From contig JADFYJ010000013.1 of the NCBI GenBank assembly GCA_015233115.1, positions 9,670 to 73,669 of the forward strand: 64,000 nucleotides of DNA, read 5' to 3'. Below the pieces are notes generated by a model, which did not search any database, was not told where the DNA came from, and saw only the letters and a program-made list of their open reading frames with translations. How positions within the stretch are numbered: position 1 is the first letter of the stretch; each line of letters opens with the position of its first letter. Both the position numbers and the translations under genes were made by a program. Positions 49,788 to 58,556 of the stretch are shown one piece after another. Origin of the DNA: Candidatus Omnitrophota bacterium (GTDB taxonomy: Bacteria; Omnitrophota; Gorgyraeia; Zapsychrales; Zapsychraceae).

Positions 49788-49821
49788 ATAAAAAATCCTC
49801 ATCGAGATATTCAATGAGGAT
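49788..49821 (-). terminator. Intrinsic terminator (riboswitch expression platform)
   Basis: ATCCTCATTGA-ATATC-TCGATGAGGAT followed by TTTTTATT, just upstream of the RBS. Confidence 0.75.
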
Positions 49822-49880
49822 CAGTTAACCTTATCTATTTTTCCGGTGGATATGTCTCGCGCACTCCAAAGGATAAATAC

Positions 49881-50009
49881 TTCGGTTGGTACTCTGACTC
49901 GTAATCGGGAGACACGAAACTTAATTTTAAAACCAAATTAAGTATCATGTCCCCCCCTACTTACAGTAGCGGGACTGTTCGTGATTTGCACACGATTCCC
50001 CAAACCGAA
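49881..50009 (-). ncRNA. Cobalamin riboswitch
   Basis: GGGAATCGTGTGCAAATCACGAACAGTCCCGCTACTGTAA ... GAGTCAGAGTACC (B12 box), closed by TTCGGTT/AACCGAA. Lies upstream of a TonB receptor. Confidence 0.9.
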
Positions 50010-50022
50010 ATAATTAAAATAT

Positions 50023-50148
50023 GGACGTAATATTTATATATCAGTTTTTAGTTGTTGGTTATTGGCTGTTGGTTAAAAAAAATCGCTTTTAACAAAAACC
50101 AAAAACTATCAACCATCAACATTAAAACCAAATTAAATATTATGTCCC
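50023..50148. repeat. Nested palindrome: degenerate GGGACA-type arms enclosing inverted heptamer arrays
   Basis: GGACGTAATATTTA pairs with TAAATATTATGTCC. Inside, GTTGTTG-like heptamers oppose CATCAAC-like heptamers. Confidence 0.65.
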
Positions 50149-50162
50149 TCTTTAAAGAACAA

Positions 50163-50651
50163 TTAAATTTTTACTGTCTGTACTTTCACTAAACTCATTT
50201 GCACAACTTTATGTAAAACCAACGCGTACACGACAGTGCTGACTAAAGACCATCGGAAGAATGGCACGGCCATGGCGTAACAATCTACCAAACCTCTCGC
50301 ATCCATAGGATACATCCCAGAGGTCAACCAAACGCCTAAATTTGTAAACACATAAAACAAGGTTGCTGACAATAAACTGCTCATCACAACATTCCCTGTG
50401 GTTTTGCGATCGCGCAGATAAAAATTAAACCAGGCGATTAAACCGATACTGCCCCAGGTATACAGCACAGTCGCATGCCATCCCAAAATCATATCTGTTA
50501 CTGCCATAAGAACAACCGGAAGCCATACCGCGTATTTTTTATCAACATACATCCCGCTAAACAGCGCAATTGCTATAACCGGCGAAAAATTCGGGACGTG
50601 AACAAACAAGCGTGAAGCAATACCTAAAATTAATAATCCGTAAACCAACAT
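50163..50651 (-). CDS. BtuM-like / DUF6580 solitary ECF-type S-component (putative cobalamin transporter)
   Basis: SRLFVH.PNFSP..AIALFSG, F..TN.GVW and GL..CY.MA.PFF motifs, hydrophobic, adjacent to BtuB. Confidence 0.75.
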   Translation of the reverse strand: MLVYGLLILGIASRLFVHVPNFSPVIAIALFSGMYVDKKYAVWLPVVLMAVTDMILGWHATVLYTWGSIGLIAWFNFYLRDRKTTGNVVMSSLLSATLFYVFTNLGVWLTSGMYPMDARGLVDCYAMAVPFFRWSLVSTVVYALVLHKVVQMSLVKVQTVKI

Positions 50652-50838
50652 ACATTTCTCCTCTTTAAAGTAAAAAGTTAGAAGTAAAAAGTAAAAGTAA
50701 AAACGAAACAAAAAGCTAAAATATAATCAAAAACAAGTAAATCCTTTTTACCACAACTATCTCGCATATACAATTAGATTTTTTGGAAATAATAATAAAT
50801 TATTTGCGAAATAAAAATTTCCGTATAATATACTTTCA

Positions 50839-51717
50839 ATGAAAAAAATACCTGACATTTTTAAAGAAAAAGCCCAGACCCTTTCTTTTGAATTTTTTCC
50901 TCCTAAGACGGAGCAAGGTTTTACAAATCTCAAAGAAACCGTCAAAGAATTAGCAGAGCTCAAACCGGATTTTATTTCCTGCACTTACGGCGCGGGCGGA
51001 GGCAATCGAGATAAGACCTTAGATATCGCGCAAATGATTCAAGATCAACACCATATCCCTGCTCTCGCGCATTTGACCTGCGTCTTAAATACCCGAGAGC
51101 AAATCCGTCAAATTGTGGAAGATATTAAAAAACGCGGCATTTGCAACATATTAGCCTTACGCGGAGATCCGCCTCAAGATCAGCCCAATTGGGAACCTGG
51201 GCCGGAAAATTTTTATTTCGCCAAAGATCTGTGCTATTTTATCCGGGATAACTGGGATGAATATTTTGGCATCGGCGTAGCGGGATTTCCTGAAGGACAT
51301 CCGCGATGTCCTGATCTTGACCTTGATGCCAGTTATTTGAAACGAAAAATTTTGGCAGGCGCAGATTTTGTTATTACCCAGCTTTTTTTAGATAATCAGG
51401 ATTATTTCGCTTATTTAAAACGACTAAAATCTGTTCGCACCACGGCACGCGTGTTGCCAGGAATCCTGCCCATCACCAATTACGAGAGCTTAATTAAATT
51501 TTGTGCGAAAGATAAGATCCGAGTTCCTGAAAAAGTAAAAAATATTTTTGAACCGATCAAAAATAATGCGGAAGCAACGCTTAAAGCAGGCATCCAATTC
51601 GCTGTTGAACAATGCCAGGAACTCCTAAATCAAGGCGCTCCAGGCATTCACCTCTACACCCTCAATAAAGTTCATCCCGCCAAAGAAATTGTAGAGCAGT
51701 TAAAATTTACTTCTTAA
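50839..51717 (+). CDS. metF: 5,10-methylenetetrahydrofolate reductase
   Basis: SFEFFPPK, TYGAGG, AHLTC, LALRGDPP and ITQLF motifs. Confidence 0.95.
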   Translation: MKKIPDIFKEKAQTLSFEFFPPKTEQGFTNLKETVKELAELKPDFISCTYGAGGGNRDKTLDIAQMIQDQHHIPALAHLTCVLNTREQIRQIVEDIKKRGICNILALRGDPPQDQPNWEPGPENFYFAKDLCYFIRDNWDEYFGIGVAGFPEGHPRCPDLDLDASYLKRKILAGADFVITQLFLDNQDYFAYLKRLKSVRTTARVLPGILPITNYESLIKFCAKDKIRVPEKVKNIFEPIKNNAEATLKAGIQFAVEQCQELLNQGAPGIHLYTLNKVHPAKEIVEQLKFTS

Positions 51718-52213
51718 AAATTTCATCCAGATTATCCGGCAATTCATGGCCGGCTTCTTTGACCACGCCATTTTCATCAATAAAAACAAAAGTGGGAATG
51801 CCGACCACCTCATAAGCATCCGCGACTTTGTTATCCTGGTCTAAAGCTGAATCCGCGTTAAGATGGACTTTGGTTAAATATTCCTTAACCATATCCCCTT
51901 TTTCTCCCAAATCGACCAAAACCAATTGGATATTATTTTTTTCTAATTCCCCTAACCGGCCTTGTAAATTTTTAAGAGCGTCCTGGCAATGCGGACACCA
52001 GGTGGTCCAAAAGAATACAACAGTTTTTTTCCCTTTGCGGAAAGATTCATTAAAATTCAGAGTCGAGCCTTTATACGTAGGAAGAGAAAAATCTTTCGCC
52101 TTCTCACCGGCCATAGTCGGCGCTTCAAAAGGAGAAAATTGGGCAGAGACAATTTTAATGCCAGCGAAAAAAAACATTAAACTAACAAACATAATAACGC
52201 GTATTTTATTCAT
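51707..52213 (-). CDS. TlpA/ResA-like exported thiol-disulfide oxidoreductase
   Basis: Signal peptide, FWTTWCPHC and GIPT motifs. Confidence 0.88.
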   Translation of the reverse strand: MNKIRVIMFVSLMFFFAGIKIVSAQFSPFEAPTMAGEKAKDFSLPTYKGSTLNFNESFRKGKKTVVFFWTTWCPHCQDALKNLQGRLGELEKNNIQLVLVDLGEKGDMVKEYLTKVHLNADSALDQDNKVADAYEVVGIPTFVFIDENGVVKEAGHELPDNLDEIFKK

Positions 52214-52234
52214 TTTAAATTTCCTTTATTATGA

Positions 52235-52360
52235 GTGCCTGACTTATGGAGCGATTTATCGCGAACATCAAGTCAGCCGCACGAATTTATCCCGCGAAGC
52301 TGAACAACGTGAAGCTTGCCGGTCAGGCAAGGCCGCGACCTAGCGGCCGTAGCGGGATTC
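52235..52360 (+). repeat. GC-rich multi-hairpin foldback element
   Basis: Stems CTGACTT/AAGTCAG, GCGAT/ATCGC, ATCCCGC/GCGGGAT, CTTGCC/GGCAAG and GCCGC/GCGGC. Confidence 0.65.
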
Positions 52361-52399
52361 AATATCTTTATTATAAAACATATTTCATAGAAAACAAGA

Positions 52400-53413
52400 T
52401 TATTGGCGATCAGCGTTTAATAAAACCCCGAAATCTTTAGGAGCAGCAGGATCAGGAACGGAAAAGACCTTTTTTAAAATCATATCCCCTACTTTTGGCA
52501 AAAAATGCGAAGTATCATAATATAACCAATCATTAGTGGTGATCGCGTTCAATCCGGAAAAATCCCAAACCTGGCCGCAAATATTCACGACGGATTTTAA
52601 CCAATAGCTATATTCTTCTTTCGTAAATGATTTAAACGCGTATTGAGAGTAAGGATTAATAATCACAATGCGGGGAATTTTTTCCTGGTCGATAAAATTC
52701 ATCAAACGTTTTAACCGTTCCAAATTAACCGCGACCCGGTCCAATTTACCTCTCACATACGGAATTTCCATTTTAAACCGTTCTTTGAAATATTTGGCAT
52801 GATCCTTAACGATCGCCTGATCACGGTCAACATAATACCAATGCCCCGTAGTTTGATCAAATTGATAAGACGCGGGTTTATGACGGAGAATAACGTCACG
52901 AAAGGCTTTACGCCAATTATTAAAATCAAAATTTAAGGCAAACGGCGGATAAAAACTAAACCAGCTCTCTCCGCTCACCAAGGGATGTTCTTTAGCCTCG
53001 ATAGCATTTTTAGGAAAATCATCCACCAAAAACATAAAATCATAATCCAGGCCTAAAATCACTTGTTTTATTTTTATGTTGCGTTTTTTTAACCAAACTA
53101 ATTCATTCAAAATCAGATCCAATTTTTCCGCAGCCGCGGAAAAACTGTAATAATGAAGACCGGATAATTGAGAAGCGAGTTTCGCGGCATAAAAATTTGT
53201 CCGGGAAGATCCCACGATAAAAGCATCATAGTCATCCGGATGGGCATTTAAAAATTTCACTTTCAAATAGCGAAAATTCGCGCTGACATTTGTATTATTA
53301 AAATGAGAAATACCAAAAATACGATATATATCCCACAGCACGTTCATGGAAATCACGAAACTGATCGCGAGCGTTACAATGGTAATAAAAATTAGATTAT
53401 ATTTTTTTTCCAT
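52400..53413 (-). CDS. Membrane-anchored SGNH/DltD-like protein (GSSR...DxxH)
   Basis: N-terminal TM, FIVGSSRT, ILGLD and YYDTSHF motifs. Start reassigned to MEKKY. Confidence 0.65.
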   Translation of the reverse strand: MEKKYNLIFITIVTLAISFVISMNVLWDIYRIFGISHFNNTNVSANFRYLKVKFLNAHPDDYDAFIVGSSRTNFYAAKLASQLSGLHYYSFSAAAEKLDLILNELVWLKKRNIKIKQVILGLDYDFMFLVDDFPKNAIEAKEHPLVSGESWFSFYPPFALNFDFNNWRKAFRDVILRHKPASYQFDQTTGHWYYVDRDQAIVKDHAKYFKERFKMEIPYVRGKLDRVAVNLERLKRLMNFIDQEKIPRIVIINPYSQYAFKSFTKEEYSYWLKSVVNICGQVWDFSGLNAITTNDWLYYDTSHFLPKVGDMILKKVFSVPDPAAPKDFGVLLNADRQ

Positions 53414-53421
53414 AGACCATG

Positions 53422-53466
53422 GGACCACCGCGTAGGTGGACCATTGGTCCACCTACGCGGTGGTCC
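53422..53466. repeat. Perfect 22-bp inverted repeat with 1-nt spacer
   Basis: GGACCACCGCGTAGGTGGACCA-T-TGGTCCACCTACGCGGTGGTCC. Confidence 0.9.
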
Positions 53467-53471
53467 AGCGG

Positions 53472-54143
53472 TTAAATTGTTCGTATAAATTTAATAATAA
53501 AAAATACTGCGGCTAACAGGATAACCCCGGCGCAAACATGTTTAACAGTATGCATCCATTTTCCTGATTTTGGTAAATGTTCCAAAAGTCCGCTAAAAGT
53601 GCCGGCTAGAATCAGGGAAAACCCCACTCCATATGAAAAAACAAATAATAAACTCACAGCGTGCAGGATATTGTGCTTAGAGCCGGCATAAACCAAAAGC
53701 GTTCCTAATACCGGCGATGTGCACGGCCCTACCATTAAACCAGCCACAATCCCGAATACCACGACTGACCAGACATGTTTTTTATTAATATGATGATGAA
53801 AGGTAATTTGCAAAAATGGAATACGCACCCACTCCATCATGACTGAACCAAAAAAGGCTAATAATATTCCGATTGCCAAATACACCGCAGGCTGATTTTG
53901 CCACTGTCCAAAAATCTTCCCAGTTAAAACCGCGATCACAGCCAACGAGCAATAAGTTACAGCAATGCCTAACACATACAACAGGGACAAAAAGAAGCCC
54001 GTCATTTTATCGCCTTCATCATTAATCCCGGAAATATAACTGACAGTGACAGGCAAAATCGGATAAATGCAAGGCGTAAAACTGACAAACACTCCCGCGG
54101 AAAAAACCACCAAATAATCTGACCAACCGCCGGTTAGGTGCAT
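53472..54143 (-). CDS. ccdA: CcdA/DsbD transmembrane electron transporter
   Basis: SFTPCIYPILP and GPCTSPVL motifs, multiple TM segments. Confidence 0.85.
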   Translation of the reverse strand: MHLTGGWSDYLVVFSAGVFVSFTPCIYPILPVTVSYISGINDEGDKMTGFFLSLLYVLGIAVTYCSLAVIAVLTGKIFGQWQNQPAVYLAIGILLAFFGSVMMEWVRIPFLQITFHHHINKKHVWSVVVFGIVAGLMVGPCTSPVLGTLLVYAGSKHNILHAVSLLFVFSYGVGFSLILAGTFSGLLEHLPKSGKWMHTVKHVCAGVILLAAVFFIIKFIRTI

Positions 54144-54168
54144 AAAAAAACTCCATGAAAATTACAAA

Positions 54169-57100
54169 TTATCGGGAGGGTCTTAGACCCTCCCCTACAG
54201 AAAAATATTTACTTTCCGGATGACTGAAATAAAAACCGCATACGGATGCTTCGGGGACCATCATGGCTGAATCTGTCAATTTGACGCCGATATTTTTTGG
54301 TCCATCCAGTAAATTAAAAATGATCCGTTTATCTTCGTGATCAGGGCAGGCAGGATATCCCGGCGCAGGGCGTATGCCGCGGTACTTTCCGGAAAATAGG
54401 TCAGCTTTAGTTAAATTTTCATACGGAGCATAAGCCCACCATTTTTTTCGCACATCTTCATGCATTTTTTCAGTCAAAGCTTCGGCTAAACGATTCGCTA
54501 AAATTTTGACCATGATCGCGCCATAATCATCGCCGGATTTTTTATATTTTTCCACTAATTTATCCGCTCCAAGCCCGGCTGTGGCCGCAAAACAGCCGAT
54601 ATAATCCGTCATTCCCTTATCCTTCGGAGCCACAAAATCCGCCAAGGCATAGGTTTCTTTCTGACCCTGAGGAATGCTTTGCTGACGCAGAGTTGGAATC
54701 TCAGCCAAGACCTGAACTCCATGCTCATCTGTATAAACTTCTATCAACTCGCCGACTGAATTAGCTGGATAAAGTCCAAATACGCCATTAGCTATAAACG
54801 ACTTATCCTGAATAATCTGATCCAGCATCACCTGCGCATCAGCGTACAATTTTTTCGCCTCTTCGCCTTTTTCAGGATCATTCAAAATTTCCGGATATTT
54901 CCTTTTCATGCCCCATTCAATAAAAAAGAACGTCCAATCTATGTAATCCCGCAAAATGTTTAAATCATAATCCGCGTAAATTTTCACGCCCAGCATTTGC
55001 GGTTTAACGATTGATTTTGAAAAATCCAATTTGATGGCTTTGCCGCGGGCTTCGTCGATAGAAATGGATTCCGTGGAGTGTTGCGAAGAATTAAAATTTT
55101 CTTTCGCCCTCGCGTATTCATCGTTAAGATTCTTTATGAATCCTTCTTTAGTCTTCGGATTCATCAATTGCTGACACACAGTGACCCCGCGGGACGCGTC
55201 TTTACAATGCACGACCACGCCCTTATATTCAGGAGCAATCTTGACCGCCGTATGAATGATTGACGTTGTGGCTCCGCCTAAAACAATGGGGATATTCAAT
55301 CCCCTGCGCTGCATTTCTTTCGCCACATGCACCATTTCTTCCAAGGACGGTGTGATCAAACCGCTTAAACCGATAATATCCGCTTTTTCTTTTACTGCCG
55401 CGTCTATAATCTGTTCTGCCGGCACCATAACTCCTAAATCAATGACTTCAAAATTATTGCATGCCAAAACCACGCCCACAATATTTTTGCCAATATCATG
55501 CACATCGCCTTTAACTGTCGCCATTAAAATTTTTCCCGCCTTTTTCGCCCCTTCGCCCTGGCTCTCTTCTTCAATAAACGGCTGTAAATATTCCACAGCC
55601 TTTTTCATGACCCGAGCGCTTTTAACCACCTGAGGCAAAAACATTTTTCCAGCCCCGAACATGACGCCCACAGCATCCATACCGCCCATGAGCGGTCCTT
55701 CAATAATATCTAAAGACCAGATATTTCTTTGACGGATTTCATCTAAATCTGCCTCAATAAAATCCGTCACCCCTTTAATCATCGCATGCTTTAACCGCTC
55801 CTCAACAGGCGCGTGGCGCCATTCCTGCAGAGTCTCAGCTTTCTTTTCTGTTCCCTGAACGCTTTGCGCGAAACTGATCAAACGTTCTGTCGCATCCATC
55901 CTGCGGTTTAGCAAAACATCTTCCACTCTATCGAGCAAATCCGCAGGGATATCATCATAGACGGCAATCATCCCCGCGTTCACAATCCCCATATCCATGC
56001 CCGCTTTAATAGCATGATACAAAAACGCGGAATGCATGGCTTCCCTGACTGGATCATTACCGCGAAAAGAAAATGAAACGTTACTCACCCCGCCGCTGAT
56101 CAAGCAATGGGGCAAAGTGTCTTTAATCGTTTGCGTGGCTTTTATAAAATCCAAAGCATAATTATTATGCTCATCCATGCCTGTCGCAACAGCAAAAATA
56201 TTGGGATCAAAAATAATATCTTCCGGCGGCAGGCCGACTTGATCGACTAAAAGACGATACGCGCGCGTACAAATATTTACTTTGCGGTCATATGAATCTG
56301 CCTGGCCTTTTTCATCAAACGCCATAACGACTGCTGCAGCGCCGTATTTTTTAACCAAAGCCGCGTGCTGGATAAATTTATCTTCACCCTCTTTTAAGCT
56401 GATCGAGTTGACTATAGATTTTCCCTGCACACACTTTAATCCGGCTTCTATTACTTCCCAATTGGAAGAATCAATCATCACCGGCACCCTGCTGATATCC
56501 GGTTCTGAGGCGAGCAGGTTCAAAAATTTAACCATCTCTGCCTTGGCATCCAGCATCCCTTCGTCCATATTCACGTCAATGATCTGCGCGCCGGCTTCTA
56601 CCTGCTGGCGGGCAATAGATAAGGCTTCCTCATATTTTTTCTCATTAATCAGTTTCAAAAATTTCTTTGACCCTGCCACATTAGTGCGTTCACCCACATT
56701 TATAAAATTGGTTTCTTTAGTGACGACCAAAGGTTCCAGCCCGCTGAACATACTGTGCACAGGAAGCGCGGGAATAACCCGGGGCAAAATTCCTCTCACC
56801 GCATTGGCAAAAGCCCGGATATGATCCGGTGACGTTCCACAGCATCCGCCGACAATATTGACTAAACCGCTTTGCGCGAAATCTTTAATGTGTTCCGCCA
56901 TCATGTCCGGAGTTTCATCATAACCGCCAAACGCGTTAGGCAATCCGGCATTCGGATACGCGCTCACAAAACAGGATGCCATATTGGATAAGGTCTCAAT
57001 ATGCGGACGCATATCTTTCGCGCCCAAAGCACAATTGAAACCCGCGCTTAACAGATTGGCATGTTTGATGGAAATATAAAACGCTTCAGCTGTTTGCCCG

Positions 57101-57774
57101 GATAAAGTGCGGCCGCTCGCGTCGGTGATTGTACCTGAAACCATGAGAGGAACAGCACGCCCTATTTTTTCACAATACGTTTGTGCCGCGAATAATGCCG
57201 CTTTGCAGTTTAACGTATCAAAGACTGTCTCAATTAACAAAAGATCAGCTCCGCCGTCAATCAAACCGCGCATCTGTTCCGTATAGGCGTCAACCAATTG
57301 ATCAAAATTAACCGCCCGATAACCAGGGTCTTTGACGTCAGGCGATATGGACGCGGTGCGGTTAGTCGGTCCAATAGATCCGGCCACAAATCGAGGTTTA
57401 TCAGGATTTAATTTGGTAAATTTATCCGCGGCTTTCCTGGCAATAGACGCAGACGCGACATTTAGACGGTAGACCAGCCCCTGCATATCATAATCCGCCA
57501 GGCTGATGGCATTCGCGTTAAACGTATTGGTCTCAATAATATCCGCGCCAGCTTCCAGATATTCAGAATGTATTTCTTCAATAATATCCGGACGGGTTAA
57601 AGATAAAAGATCATTATTGCCTTTAAGATTAATCACATGGCTGGTAAATTCTTTGCCGCGATAATCTTCTTCCCGCAAACCATACCGCTGGACCATCGTC
57701 CCCATAGCCCCGTCTAATACGAGGATACGGTCTTTGAGTAAACAGTAAATGGGATGTATATTTTTCATTTTCAT
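54169..57774 (-). CDS. metH: Cobalamin-dependent methionine synthase
   Basis: [26 protein letters not shown] and [12 protein letters not shown] motifs. Confidence 0.97.
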   Translation of the reverse strand: MKMKNIHPIYCLLKDRILVLDGAMGTMVQRYGLREEDYRGKEFTSHVINLKGNNDLLSLTRPDIIEEIHSEYLEAGADIIETNTFNANAISLADYDMQGLVYRLNVASASIARKAADKFTKLNPDKPRFVAGSIGPTNRTASISPDVKDPGYRAVNFDQLVDAYTEQMRGLIDGGADLLLIETVFDTLNCKAALFAAQTYCEKIGRAVPLMVSGTITDASGRTLSGQTAEAFYISIKHANLLSAGFNCALGAKDMRPHIETLSNMASCFVSAYPNAGLPNAFGGYDETPDMMAEHIKDFAQSGLVNIVGGCCGTSPDHIRAFANAVRGILPRVIPALPVHSMFSGLEPLVVTKETNFINVGERTNVAGSKKFLKLINEKKYEEALSIARQQVEAGAQIIDVNMDEGMLDAKAEMVKFLNLLASEPDISRVPVMIDSSNWEVIEAGLKCVQGKSIVNSISLKEGEDKFIQHAALVKKYGAAAVVMAFDEKGQADSYDRKVNICTRAYRLLVDQVGLPPEDIIFDPNIFAVATGMDEHNNYALDFIKATQTIKDTLPHCLISGGVSNVSFSFRGNDPVREAMHSAFLYHAIKAGMDMGIVNAGMIAVYDDIPADLLDRVEDVLLNRRMDATERLISFAQSVQGTEKKAETLQEWRHAPVEERLKHAMIKGVTDFIEADLDEIRQRNIWSLDIIEGPLMGGMDAVGVMFGAGKMFLPQVVKSARVMKKAVEYLQPFIEEESQGEGAKKAGKILMATVKGDVHDIGKNIVGVVLACNNFEVIDLGVMVPAEQIIDAAVKEKADIIGLSGLITPSLEEMVHVAKEMQRRGLNIPIVLGGATTSIIHTAVKIAPEYKGVVVHCKDASRGVTVCQQLMNPKTKEGFIKNLNDEYARAKENFNSSQHSTESISIDEARGKAIKLDFSKSIVKPQMLGVKIYADYDLNILRDYIDWTFFFIEWGMKRKYPEILNDPEKGEEAKKLYADAQVMLDQIIQDKSFIANGVFGLYPANSVGELIEVYTDEHGVQVLAEIPTLRQQSIPQGQKETYALADFVAPKDKGMTDYIGCFAATAGLGADKLVEKYKKSGDDYGAIMVKILANRLAEALTEKMHEDVRKKWWAYAPYENLTKADLFSGKYRGIRPAPGYPACPDHEDKRIIFNLLDGPKNIGVKLTDSAMMVPEASVCGFYFSHPESKYFSVGEGLRPSR
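54174..54198 (-). repeat. Single GTAG-family REP overlapping the metH 3' end
   Basis: Minus strand reads GTAG-GGGAGGGTC-TAA-GACCCTCCC. Confidence 0.8.
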
Positions 57775-57777
57775 TTT

Positions 57778-58233
57778 TTACTCCAAAAACGGCTCGACCC
57801 ATTTCCTAAAAAGCTTAAGGCCATCAGCAGGCACCACGATTGGAAAATCAACTAGTGATGAAATATGCGGCCCCATGAAATCACGTGTATTCCAGGTGAC
57901 AAACGCGGAAACTTTTGCCAGATGAGCGGAACACAAAATATTTGCGTCAGCCTTGGGTAATTTATCTAAAAATGGCTTAACTTGATTGTTCGTTGGATCC
58001 GGAGCAATTTCAGGAGCCAAATATTTCCAAAGCCTGCGGTTTTCCTGAATGAGTTCTGGAAATTTCACGGCCAAAACCCTATCGGCTTCAATAATAACTT
58101 CTTGAGAAACAACCATCCGAAGTATCCCGCCTTCAACCAAGCGAATCAATTCTCCAGCGGCTCCTTTGGGAGAAATCAAAGCCGCGATGTATGCGCTCGT
58201 ATCAAAAAAAATTCTGTATTGGGGGATAACCAT
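57778..58233 (-). CDS. PIN-domain toxin (VapC-like)
   Basis: FFDTS, E, D..IL..A and VTWN.RDF motifs. Confidence 0.85.
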   Translation of the reverse strand: MVIPQYRIFFDTSAYIAALISPKGAAGELIRLVEGGILRMVVSQEVIIEADRVLAVKFPELIQENRRLWKYLAPEIAPDPTNNQVKPFLDKLPKADANILCSAHLAKVSAFVTWNTRDFMGPHISSLVDFPIVVPADGLKLFRKWVEPFLE

Positions 58234-58475
58234 TAAGACTCTTGATGACGATTTTTTTTCAAATCTTTTAAAAGATTATCTAATGTTATTTCTTTAATTT
58301 TAGCCGCTTTAGAAAACTTTTCTGAAACAGATTCAAAAACCGAAGGCCTGGGGGTTAAAAGAATCCCGTCGCCTATCCTGGCTACTGACAATACCGAATT
58401 TCTGGATAAATGCAATGATTCCCGAATGTTAGCCGGAATCGTTATTTGTCCCTTTTCTCTCATTTTGGTAACCAT
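58233..58475 (-). CDS. AbrB/MazE/SpoVT-family antitoxin
   Basis: KGQITIP..IRE.L.L motif. Overlaps the PIN start. Confidence 0.88.
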   Translation of the reverse strand: MVTKMREKGQITIPANIRESLHLSRNSVLSVARIGDGILLTPRPSVFESVSEKFSKAAKIKEITLDNLLKDLKKNRHQES

Positions 58476-58524
58476 TAAATCCTCCCTCTAACAAATTTTC
58501 TTACCATTTCCTACTTTCTAACTA

Positions 58525-58553
58525 AGGATAACATAACCAGTAAGGATTGGCAA
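58525..58553 (-). promoter_or_regulatory. Putative sigma70 promoter of the TA(-metH) unit
   Basis: TTGCCA-17 nt-TATCCT with extended -10 TG. Nearby TCCTTAC / GTAGGA / GTAAGA dyads could be operators. Confidence 0.55.
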
Positions 58554-58556
58554 TAA

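Noticed and set aside
52235-52360. tRNA or tmRNA fragment
   Set aside because: No T-loop GTTCRA, anticodon arm or CCA end is recognisable.
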